This document shows, piece by piece, positions 1 to 64,000 of a DNA stretch of 64,000 bases. The stretch's first letter is position 1, and every line of letters begins with the position of its first letter. The position numbers and the translations under genes are program-made. The stretch comes from the human T2T-CHM13v2.0 reference genome, Homo sapiens, in NCBI RefSeq assembly GCF_009914755.1, contig NC_060940.1, one strand, 5' to 3'. The notes under the pieces are model-generated. The model did no database searches and was not told the origin of the DNA. It worked only from the letters and a program-made list of their open reading frames with translations.

Positions 1-497
1 GCCGGACCACCTCCACCCTGGCCCTGGGCATTGCTGGGCTTTGAAGAGCAGGGTGGGGCCACGTGACCAGAGGGTTCTTGCTACAGGATGGCTGGTGGGT
101 CTGCAGGTGCAGGGTTGTATTGTGAATGAGTGCAGGTGGGTGACAGCTAAGGAATGCTGGCATCAGTGTAACTGATGCAGGCAGAGGGCATGCAGAGGGA
201 GGGGTGAGTGGATGAGAATTGGAGGGATGGAGTCACAGCCAGGGGACACTGGGGATGGACAGATGGATGGAGGCTTCCTGGGTCCCTCTCTCCCCCACGT
301 GACGTGCCTTCCGGCTTGCATCTCCCTCACCCCACCACCGGCCCACACCAGCTGTGCCCACAACTCTCTGGCACCTGGGCAGGCACCAGGGAAGGATCAG
401 ACCCTCAAAGGGCCCAGCCAGGCAGCGGGATGGGGGGGCTCCACCAGGCAGGCCCAAGTGAGAAGGAGGCCCAGGGGAGGGAGGCACCCCACACTTA

Positions 498-11620
<11,123 letters not shown>

Positions 11621-12072
11621 CCGTGTCCTGGCTGGGACAGTGTCCTCCGAGCCCACTGATGGCTTCCGCTCCCCAGCCCCGGGCCCTGGGAGGAGGACCT
11701 CGGCTATGGTCCTTCTGGTGAGCAGGAACTGGGCAAGACCCCAGGGGAGTTCTTTCCTTTCTTGGGAAGCTCGTCCCAACCCCCCAGCCATGAATTAAAC
11801 ATAGGCAAGAGGTAACCGCACACCAGAGGGGTGCAATCTGTGGGCTCAAAGGGGGGTGGGCTGAGGCCGCACCTGCACGAGGAAAAGGGTGCCTTAGGAA
11901 AGTCTGTCTGGGCAGGGTCGGGGGCTGGGCCCAGCCCCGGTGCCCACCACCCTCACCCACGTGACTACAGGCCAGGGGGGGAGTGAGGCAGGAGGAGTCA
12001 AAGCAGGCGGGGACCAGAGCACGTGATGCCCTGGGCTGACTCCAGTCCTGCTGGGATCACGTCCGCCTCTAG

Positions 12073-12519
<447 letters not shown>

Positions 12520-12619
12520 TAGGGGCTCAGGAGTTTCTTCTCCCTCAAACAGAAACCCAGCACCCTCAGGGTCACTGCGTGTGGGTCCTAGCAATGCTTA
12601 ATAGCTACCTGTTTTTTGA

Positions 12620-15180
<2,561 letters not shown>

Positions 15181-15187
15181 CATATTA

Positions 15188-15521
15188 GTATGTTGAAGCC
15201 CTACCTCCATTACCTCCGTGTCACTGTATTTAGAGATAGGGTCTTTAAAGAGGTAATTAAAGTTAAATGAGGTCACTGGGGTGGGTCCTGATCCAGTCTG
15301 ACTGGCCTCGTTATAAGAAGAGACACACAGAGGGAAGATCCTGTGAAGACACAGGGAGAAGGCGGCTGTAGACAAGCCAAGGAAAGAGGTCCTCAGAGGG
15401 AACCAACCCCCCGGCACCTTGATCCTGGCCTTTATGCCTCCAGAACTCTGAGAAAATACATTCTGTTTTTTAAGCCACCCAGTGTGTGGTACCTTGTATG
15501 GCAGTCCTAGCAAACGAATAC
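15188..15521 (+). mobile_element. MaLR LTR (MLT1A/B-like)
   Basis: tatttagagatagggtctttaaagaggtaattaa...cctccagaactctgagaaaatacattctgttttttaagccaccc...aataca. Confidence 0.85.
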
Positions 15522-15524
15522 AGC

Positions 15525-18456
<2,932 letters not shown>

Positions 18457-19104
18457 TAGCTCTTCAAGGCTTACGGAAGTTGGTACCTTGTGGAACTAGG
18501 CTGGGGAGGTCTGGATGCCAGATGTTCTTCTGAGGTTGCTGTTCTTATAATTGCTGTATTCAAATATATCACCCAGTTGAGATGAAATGCCTAGAGCACA
18601 GCTGCGGAGTGGGACCAGCTGGGCTGAGGAGGGAATGAAGTACAAACATCCAGCGATGTTCAGGGCCCTGAAGCAGCTGGGAAGCGCAGGCGTTCAAATC
18701 ACCAGAGGCATGGCTATATCAGCTCACATATCATGCACACAGATGCATGTCCTAGGCGTGGAAACAAAGCTCCCCAGACCATGGTTAACTCACCGCATGC
18801 ACCTGGAGTTCCATCTGCACCAAGGCGCCAGTGGTTACTTTTAGAAATAAACAAGTCACAATGAACACAGTTAAAAGATGTCAGCACTAGTGGCACTTGG
18901 GGACTCCAGCCCAGCTCCTGTCACAAGCAACTGGCCACCAGGTCCGGACCCACATCCTTTGCTCTTGGCCTACTGAGGTCATTCAGTTTTGCTCATCTCC
19001 CACAACCTGGAAACCCAAGGGGGCAGGCTGTGCAGCTCATCCTGGAAGAATAATAGAAGAGCAGCTGTCGTGCATGGAAAGATCGTGCAATGGGTCAAGT
19101 ATTT

Positions 19105-19696
19105 AATTAATTATTTTTTGAGACAGGGCCTTGATCTGTCACCCAGGCTGGAGTGCAGTGGCGCGATCATGGCTCATTGCAGTCTTGAACTTCTGGGCTG
19201 AAGCGATCCTTTCACCTCAGCCTCCCGGGTAACTGGAACTATAGGCACGTACCACTCTACCTGGCTAATTTTTTTATTTTTGGTAGAGACGGGGTCTCCC
19301 TAAGTTGCCCAGGCTTGTCTTGAACTCCTGGGCTCAAGCGATCCTCCTGCCTCAGCCTCCCAAAGTGCTGGGATTACAGGCGTGAGCCACTGCGCCCGAC
19401 CTGTTAATTTATTTTTTGAGACAGGGCCTTGATCTGTCACCCAGGCTGGAGTGCGGTGGCATGATCACGGCTCATTGCAGTCTTGAACTTCTGGGCTGAA
19501 GCGATCCTTTCACCTCTGCCTCCCGGGTAGCTAGTACTACAGGCACACACCACTATACCTGGCTAATTTTTTTATTTTTGGTAGAGACGGGGTCTCCCTA
19601 AGTTGCCCAGGCTGGTCTTGAACTCCTGGGCTCAAGAGATCCTCCCACCTTGGCCTCCCAGTGTTGGGATTACAGGCGTGAACCACCATGCCAGTC
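19105..19696 (-). mobile_element. Tandemly duplicated AluJ-like element
   Basis: Two ~298-bp copies sharing private variants; single TSD tgggtc(a/g)agtattt outside the pair. Confidence 0.85.
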
Positions 19697-20190
19697 TGGG
19701 TCGAGTATTTTATATTCATTAGTTGAGTTTCATAACAACCCTATAAAGTAGGCATCACTGTCCATTTTAAAACAAGTAAACAGAGGCCTAGGAAAAGTAA
19801 CCACCCAAGGTCCTACACACCAAGGAAGAGGCAATGCTGGCATTCAGACCCAGGCCAGTAAACCCAAAGCCCCATGCCCTTGACCCACCACAACAATCTG
19901 GGATTCTGAGCTGCTTGAGTCAGGTGACACCCCAGATCTAAGCATCTGAAGGTCCCTAACTGTGGAGGCTTTCATGAGAACAAGCCACTGGAGGGTAAGC
20001 ACACGTCGCTCTTCTCAAGGGAGGGTGTACTAAAGGAGCCTCATCTCACTCCCCCTGTGCCATGAAGGCCACACCAGGTGAGCACCCTTGGGAGGGAGAC
20101 GCATAGCCTGACTGGGGTGCTAATGGGTCCCGGCACTGGGTTCTCCACATGAACAGTTGTGTGAATCCAGGAGGCTCAGATCACGTGCCA

Positions 20191-20209
20191 CAGCGCCACC
20201 TACTGGCCT
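20191..20209 (-). promoter_or_regulatory. CTCF consensus motif
   Basis: Minus strand AGGCCAGTAGGTGGCGCTG matches the CTCF core CCASYAGRKGGCRS; CACGTG E-box at 20182-20187. Confidence 0.65.
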
Positions 20210-20267
20210 GCGAACAACAACATCGTCCTGTTGTAAAGTCGGCAAACAATCATTTAAAAATTTTCAG

Positions 20268-22499
<2,232 letters not shown>

Positions 22500-22940
22500 T
22501 TAGTGAACAGGTCAAGTCCAGGGACCAACTTGTGGATGGAAGCTGGTGTAGAAAAAGAGCACTGGTTGTTTCTCTCAGGGTTGTTTCCACAGGGTGAGAA
22601 CACGACCCCCCTTGCTTTCCACACAAACCTGAGTGCACACGTGCCCGTGTGGAACATCAGGTGGCAGGTTCCTCCTGAGGTCAGCTGTAGGCAGATGGCC
22701 GGTCGGAATTTCAGGAGGCGGGAAGCTTTTACCCCCAGCCACTCCAGCGCTGCAGGGAGGGTAAGATAAACACCTACATCTTCTCTACCCCCGTCCCCAA
22801 ATCCTCCCTCACACTGGTACACACAGGGAGGTACACACTCTCCTCTGCACGCTGTTTATGCTTTGTGGTGGCAAACACATTTAAGTCACTACAGATGAAG
22901 AACATTTCACAAGCAGCCGTGCAAGAGTAGTTAAAATGTG

Positions 22941-22946
22941 TTTATT
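22941..22946 (-). terminator. Distal polyadenylation signal AATAAA of PDPR
   Basis: tttatt on the plus strand, followed on the minus strand by GU/U-rich sequence (ggctgcttgtgaaatgttcttc). Confidence 0.65.
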
Positions 22947-24157
22947 CATTTACAAACCCAGTAACATGAGAAGAAACTCAGTGGAAACCTTGCTTGGTGG
23001 AGACAGTGCACAGTGTTAGTGCCACATTCACAGGGGCAGAAATGCTCGGTCACCCTGTGCACCCAAAGTCACCCAGGATCTCTAGAAAAGATCCCACTTA
23101 CTGAAGTGCCTCGGATGTCTTCAGGGCCAGATTGTAACTACACAGGAACAGGGAAGGGCTAAGCTGAACTGCACACTGACAAACACAAACGATGAGTCAC
23201 AGGACTCTACAGTAGTTACAATGGCATTTTTATATGTCCCAAGTGTTGACTGGAGAGTAAAGTGTTAACTGAGCTGCTAGAACACCCTTCACTGAAAGAG
23301 CTTTCTACCCCACGCCCATTGTTCCGAAGAAGGAGAGGCTATGTGGGGCGGATGGGAACCCACACACCGAGATGAACTTTTCTCTTTCTTCCCATCTGCA
23401 CCCACCATCTGACATTCTGGAGTGTAAGGCACTAGAACCTGGCTTAGAGAATAGTGGGGCTCTAAGCTCCAGTTCTTGGTGTGCAAAGGAAATTCTGACA
23501 TACATCTTTTGAAAGAGATGCTAAAAAACCCTCCCTATCTCCTGTAATTTCTGTCTTTGACAGACAGGAAAATAAGAAGGCAGAAGATGGTCTGCAAAGG
23601 ATAAAAACAGGTGCATCTAAGAATGAGAAAAATGGCTCATGAAGAAATGTGTAACTCTCCAAGAGATGCAGACACTCTGCTCAGAGAAGTCAAGAACCAT
23701 AAACAACTCTTCATGTTTCATGGACAAAGGGAAGGCAAAGGCATACAAAAATACTCAGTTGTCTTGAAAAGTGTACTGGTAGTGATCAGGGCTACAAAGG
23801 CAAGCCCTGTACTGACAATGGAGGAGCCTTACAACTCAGCACCTTAAATTGTTGGCCTGAAGTGGTGGCGGGGAGGGAGGCGCTGACGGAGAGACCCATG
23901 GCTCACCACTTATTGCGTGTACACAAGGCCTGGGGCAAGCCTCACAAGTCTACCATTTCTTCCACTCAACTGTGCTTCTCCTGAATCCATGTGCCTGAAA
24001 TGACATATGCAAGGTGAACATTCTTTATACTGTGTTAATACTGCTTATATCAATGTTCGTGAGGGGTGTGTGGGGGATGGGGTGCAGCAGGAAAATTAGA
24101 ATGGCAGGAGGTTCTTATTTATTATTAAGCACTGTTGACCAAACCTCTATCTTAGAT

Positions 24158-24368
<211 letters not shown>

Positions 24369-27300
24369 TGACTACACTGGCCAAGAAGCAACAGAGATAT
24401 AAAGCTGAATCTTGTAGCTAACCCCTGAAAGCAAGCCAACGCAAATTCCTCCGCCAGGCCAGTCTTCTAGGGCCAATATGGAGACTGTGGGCCACAGAAG
24501 ATTCCCTTCTATTTCAGGTTCTCAAAAAGTGGTGTAGACTCAGGCAAATGCCAGGAAATGTGTCCATATGCCAGAGGAGACACAGAGCCAGAAATGAAGG
24601 CTATGGGTCCTGTCTTCAGTGAAACACTGAACGCTCTCGGAAAGCTCCCATCATTCTTGCATCGCTACTGCCACCAAGACGGTGGCAAGGGAGGAGGCTA
24701 ACTTTCAAATGCATGCAACGGCAGGTAATATACTGTGGAAGCTGGAGGTTTATTTTTCATGTTTTAGTTACTTTCTTGCAAACAGCAGTCCAGGAAAGCA
24801 AGCAAGCAGGTAAAACTCCGGGTGTGCATGAGGAGATGATCCAAGGCCAGTGGGCCTCCCAGTGAGAACCAAACAGGAGTGGCCAGGCTCCACTCCTGGG
24901 GCCAGAGTGAAACCGGGGTTTAATCACTGGGCTATGTGGTCTCTGTGTCTCTGGCCTGAATGAGATCTCTTCAATGTCGGGGGACAGGGATCCCTGGAAG
25001 AGCGTGAAAAATACAGTGGTCACTGTGCAGTTCTCTCTGCTGGAGCCTGTCCTGCCATCATACAAGGTGCTGTGACAGCAATGCAAGGTGAAAGGAGATC
25101 AAATGGCCCAGCTCAGCAGTTAGTGTTTGTCCCTTTTTGCTCTTCAGAGTTCCTGAATGAGAGCTTTTCTGGCTTCAGTACCAATGATCACAGAAGGAAC
25201 ATCTTCCTGATGCAAGCTTAGATGGAAGTCAATGACCCTGGCAGTGCTAAGAACAGAAGTCACACGTGGCCTGACGATGAAGGGGAGGTAATTAAAGACA
25301 TTTCAAGGGAGGGGAAGGCCCACGGAAAACTGGCAACCCTGGGTCTCCGTTTGAGGCCAATATACTTTGTGTTCCTAGGTTCAGATGGCATACACCGACA
25401 AGAGAAGGCAGAGACCATCCTTCGTGGTGAGCACAAAATGCTATGACAGGTAATTGCAGAGAGAAAAAAGCACCCAACTCTGTAAAGCCAAGTCCAGTCA
25501 CCCATTCACAAGAGTCCAAAATCCTTCAAATCTCTAGGGACAGAAGACAAACGTGCTGCCCAGAATGAGCTGAGACACAAGGCAAACCCTTGGAAATGAC
25601 ACATGGATGAGGAGGCTGTGGTTGTCCCTCCTTATTCCTGCTGGATTTGCAGCCACGGCTCTGGATCTGGGGCATCTACTGGCCTCCCCTGTTCACTCAA
25701 GAGGCCACTGCCTCTCAGGAGTCCAGAATGCTCTGATATCTGACACCAGTGGTCAGGAAGTTATGCTGCCCTCTCCTCTTGAACAGCTAAGATGCTTGGA
25801 CACTAGACAGAGGCAAAGCAGTTATGCCAGAAGCAGGGGAGAGTCATTCACTGTCAGATCTGTCTGTTCAAAGAGCTCACATTAGACCAATCACAGAAAA
25901 CCACCAGACTCACACAGCTTGTATTTGAATGAACCAGGAGAGACTTCAAGGATCAACTCTAAAGTGCTAGAAGAGAAATCTGTGTTTGGGGCACTGAATA
26001 AACAAGTGATGTCCTAGAAGATCAACACCCCATCAGTCTTAGGAGTATGACCCTATTCATGGACAAGGGGTTTCAATGGACAGCCTGAGTGCTCAGCCCC
26101 CCATCCTCCTCTCCTAGCAAGACAAGCAGTCTGTTGCTCAGAGGGGGAAACTGATGTCATTTAACAGGAGGTCAGGATTTCTGGTTCTACTTCAACAAAC
26201 AGTGCATAATTTTGGACACAGCATCAGATTTCCTGACTTCTTACAAAGGACAGCTAATTAAAAACGTGTCAATCTGTAGTAATTAGTTGGAGATTAACAA
26301 GGGCAGAAGAGAATCCAAGTCTTAAAACTCTATGTGGGATACATTTCTGATGAAGCTTCTATTTGACTAATATACTGTGATGATGGCACTATTCGATTTT
26401 AAACTATGGAGACAGCTTTTATTATTTCGATTTGGATCCTGGTAAGTGGTGATACTGCTATGTAACAGTTAAAGCACAAATGTATTGCCATAGTTAAGGT
26501 TGAAGAGTTATGTCTATGTGTAACTAAATTCTTCTGGATTCAATTACAAATACGTTTTCCTTTACAAAGATGGCTTTGGAGGGGTGCAAATGCTACGTGT
26601 TTGGAAGAGCAGAGGAGGCCTGCAGCTCTCAGTCACCTGTCTCCATCTTCGGAGGTAAGTCTGCTCCCTGCTGGTAATGCCTGCATCTGCCCAAGGGCCT
26701 GTTCCTCCTCTCCCAAGGCCTTCACAGCTGGTGTTCACTGGTTGGCCCTCCAGCCGGCAACACCTCTCCTCCTCTCTGCCTAGAGGCAGCATCTCTCGGC
26801 TAGTTAAGTACATACTTGCTCCAAGACAACTAGACCCCCAAACAGAATTCTAATCATATGCTCCTCTAACAAGCCAACCAGAACCTTCCAAAAAGGTGGG
26901 CACTAAAGTCAGTAATCACTAGGAGTGGTCTAGTTGGGGAAGTGGCAAGAAATGTCTAGAAGGAGCCAGCGTAAGTGGGTAAACAGAGATCCCAAAGAAA
27001 CACCAGAGAAGGCAGACACCTGAGCATTTTAAGCTGCTCTAATGAAATGGAAGGATGTCCCTTAATACACTTATAGACCTATCAGAGCTAATGCTTCCAA
27101 GATACCAACACGCCAAAGGCTAGAGTTTTACTAACCAAAATGTCTTATAGCAGTTTATTTGCACTTAAAAAAAGTCAGATTAGGGCAGTTGATATGCAAG
27201 GGGAAAATGAAGCATTGAGGCTGGACAACAGTCCATGATATCTAAGTTTCACCTTGGGAAAACAGAGACACTGCCTGAAAGCGCAGGGCACTTCTGGGCA

Positions 27301-28577
27301 CCCACATTGTCTCCTGCTCCAGAGGATATGGAAGGGTGGGTGGAGGGAAACAAAGAGCCTGGGGGGAAAGGAGGAAAAGCGGTCTCTAGCCTTATGCAAC
27401 GTACACCCTTTGGACTCAGAACTCTCAGTGGACTAACGTGGGTCACCTCTGTGTAGCTCTGCTCTGTGCTGGAGAGTCAAACCTGGAATTCCGGCAGCTC
27501 TCTGGAACTCAGCACAGCCCGCAAGGTTGAAAGGCCCAGGACAACACACCTGATCCCTTCCCCTCCCTATTCTAAAGGGAGAGAAACATGACTTTATGGG
27601 CCAACTGTGAAAGGGACAAGTGAGGCTGACCTGACAAAGTCAAACGCACTGGGAGAAGGGGAAGGAGGAACGGCTGAACTTTGGACAGCTGAGAGAAAAG
27701 CAGCATTGTTTCCATAGCAGAACACTCAGCATCACTGGTGGGGACTTTCTAAGGTCAGACCCTTTTGACTGGGAAAAGCAACACACAAGGCAACATGGTT
27801 TTTCCCTTTCAAACACTGTGGCTTACTTGTTTACTCAACTAAGAAAGAAAAAGCAACCTTATTATAGAGATTAGCAAGAGATGAAGAAAATTATAGGGAG
27901 GCTGCCCTGGCCCAAAGGTCTGCTAATGGCTTCTGCAGGGAGGATGAGGATGGTGCTAGGTTAACTGCTTGTCTCCACTACAGACCAGAGAACGTCCATG
28001 CGATGCCTCTTATCAGTGAGGTAGATGATCATCCTCTTGCCAGAGGTATCGAGTGCCAGCCCACAGCACAGCAGAACAGGAGAACGAGCTGCCGGGCTGC
28101 AGGCACGAGCTGCCCCTCAGGGCTGCATCCGACACACGGCAACCCCACCAGAACTAATAGGCTGCTCCAAGAAAATGGAACCCAAGGGAGAGGGACTCAT
28201 GCCCTGAGACCTGCACCACCCCGGCTTGCCCTGCCTTGAGATGCAGAATTTGAAAGCAGCTGTCACCATCACTCATGTCCACAGTGGAGCTTGCTTCTGT
28301 CCTGTCAGACATACCTCCTGCCACCACGAGCAGCTGAGTGAGGGGTGGGAAGGGAAGAAGAGCCCAGAGTGAATATTAGGAGGAGGAGGTGGAAGGGCAA
28401 GGAAGGCTGCAGAGCAAAAAAGTTTAAAGTAGGTCAAGTTCAAAATTATATCAAGGAGATAAGAGATGGGAGGCAAAGGCTCCAGAAGAGGAACAGAGGC
28501 GGAAGGAAGAGAAGCTCCAAGGTGACGCCCACTCTAGGACAAGATGATGGGGAGGAGGTGAGGCTGCCCTGGTGGCA

Positions 28578-58229
<29,652 letters not shown>

Positions 58230-58437
58230 CTGCAGGATGGATGCAAAATGCTATTAGGTAGATTGACGTCATCTGTGAATACGAGGTCAGGGTTTCTCAT
58301 TTAATACTGTTTCTAACACCAAAAGATGGAAACAAGCTGGGCACAGTGGCTCACACTTATAATCCCAGCACTTTAGGAGGCCAAGGTAGGAGGACTGAGG
58401 ACTGCTTGAGGACAGGGGTTTACGATCAGCCTGGTCA

Positions 58438-58917
<480 letters not shown>

Positions 58918-58920
58918 CTA

Positions 58921-59220
<300 letters not shown>

Positions 59221-59838
59221 CTACACTTCAGACTAAGCAATAGAGCAAGACCCCATCTCTAAAATAAAATAAAATTTTGGAATTCATCTATACAATGGAA
59301 TATTATGCAGCTATAAAAAAGAATGAAAAGGTCTTTATGTACCAAAATGGAACAATCATAATGAAAAAGCAAGGTGAAGAACAGTGTGTAAGGTATGCTC
59401 CCACTTATATAAAAAAGAGAAAAAATATAATAAATGAATATCCATACACATATACACAAACCTACCAACACATAATTGCTTATAGAAGTAGAGAATATAA
59501 CTAGAACTTAACTTCCCTCCAGAGAGAAAGCTTTTTGTTAGAAGTGAAGATTGAGGGCTGGGTGCAGTGGTTCACATCTATAATCCCAGCACTTTGGGAG
59601 ACTGAGGCAGGCAGATCACTTGAGGTCAGGCGTTCGAGACCAGCCTGGCCAACATGGCGAAACCCCATCTCTACTAAAAATACAAAAATCAGCCGGGCAT
59701 GGTGGCAGGCGTCTGTAATCCCAGCTATTCAGAAGGCTGAGGCAGGAGGATCGCCTGAACCCAGGAGGCAGAGGTTGCAGGAGCTGAGGCTGCACCACTG
59801 CACTACAGCCTGGGTGACAGAGCAAGACTCCATCTTAA

Positions 59839-60276
<438 letters not shown>

Positions 60277-60844
60277 TAGCAGAGATGGGGTTTTGCCATG
60301 TTGGCCAGGCTGGTTTCGAATTCCTGACCTTAGATGATCCACCCGCCTCAGCCTCCCAAAGTGCTGGGATTACAGGCATAAGCCACTGCACCCAGCTTCT
60401 TTTACATATTTTCAATTTTGAATCATATAAATACATTGCCTATTCAAAAGTACATAAACTTTACATTGAAAAAAATGTTCTCTAATTTGTGGTAGCAACA
60501 GAATATAAAGGCTACAGTAATGCTAGGGCCCAAAGACCCAGTTTTGCAAGGGACCCATATGTCAAGAAAGCAGGTGGGGGGTTCTAAGGTCATTTTCCCC
60601 AAATTATTTATCACTCAGTAAATAAACTAACATCTGTGTCAGCATGCCTGTCACTTGAGTTTACTGTATTTACTCTAATAATTATATTTTCCACATAAGA
60701 TTGTCAGCTCCCTAAAGAGATTTTTCTATCATCTTTGTAACTGTGTGGAGCTCCACCCCAGGTGGGAGTTCCATTAACTGGCTGGTGGTCAGCACCTATA
60801 GCTCTGGTGACGTCTCTGCTGGGATAGCACTCCTTGAGCAGCTT

Positions 60845-61025
60845 TGACAGTGGCTCTCGCCCTTGGAGGTACATTAGAGTCCCCGGGGAAGCTTTTAAAA
60901 ATATTGATGCCTGGCCTCACCCCTAGAGATTCTGGTTTGTTCTGGGGAGAGGTCTGGGCACTGGTAATTGTTAAAAGCTCCCCAGCTGATTCTAATGTGC
61001 AGACAGATTTAAGACCCATTGATCT
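60845..61025. mobile_element. MER5-like hAT-Charlie DNA transposon
   Basis: cattagagtccccggggaagcttttaaaaatattgatgcc...aagctccccagctgattctaatgtgcag. Confidence 0.75.
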
Positions 61026-61124
61026 ATGAGAACAATAGTGAAGATGGACAAGAGGAATAATTATAGATAAAGGGCAGTATAAAACCATTTCACAAGCCAC
61101 GGATAAGGCATAAGAATAACTATT

Positions 61125-64000
<2,876 letters not shown>

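Noticed and set aside
11818-11836. Second possible CTCF site (cacaccagaggggtgca)
   Set aside because: Mismatches at key core positions; much weaker than 20191-20209.
24757-25519. 81-109 aa minus-strand ORFs in the PDPR 3' UTR
   Set aside because: No recognisable homology and lengths within chance expectation.

Overview
Primate, almost certainly human, genomic DNA from the chromosome 16q PDPR/CLEC18 segmental-duplication family, with two multi-exon genes on the minus strand. (1) A PDPR-family gene (pyruvate dehydrogenase phosphatase regulatory subunit) with 16 coding exons at 28578-58229. All introns are GT-AG, the frame is open to the natural stop, and a ~5.6 kb 3' UTR follows. The first coding exon is not in the window. 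(2) About 11.7 kb downstream, the first 10 coding exons (499-11221) of a CLEC18 gene (signal peptide, CAP/SCP, EGF-like and C-type lectin domains), continuing off the left edge. The CLEC18 residues match my recollection of CLEC18B, and the PDPR copy differs from my recollection of canonical PDPR at 7 residues. This suggests an intact-looking paralogous PDPR+CLEC18B cassette rather than the canonical PDPR-CLEC18C locus; alignment is needed to confirm it. The rest is very Alu-rich, with older L1, MaLR, MIR and MER fragments, and most entries in the ORF track are Alu-derived or chance ORFs. Other leads are a strong CTCF motif between the genes, candidate plus-strand antisense exons in the PDPR 3' UTR, and several local duplication or template-switch scars. 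I do not see a wholly new biological system.
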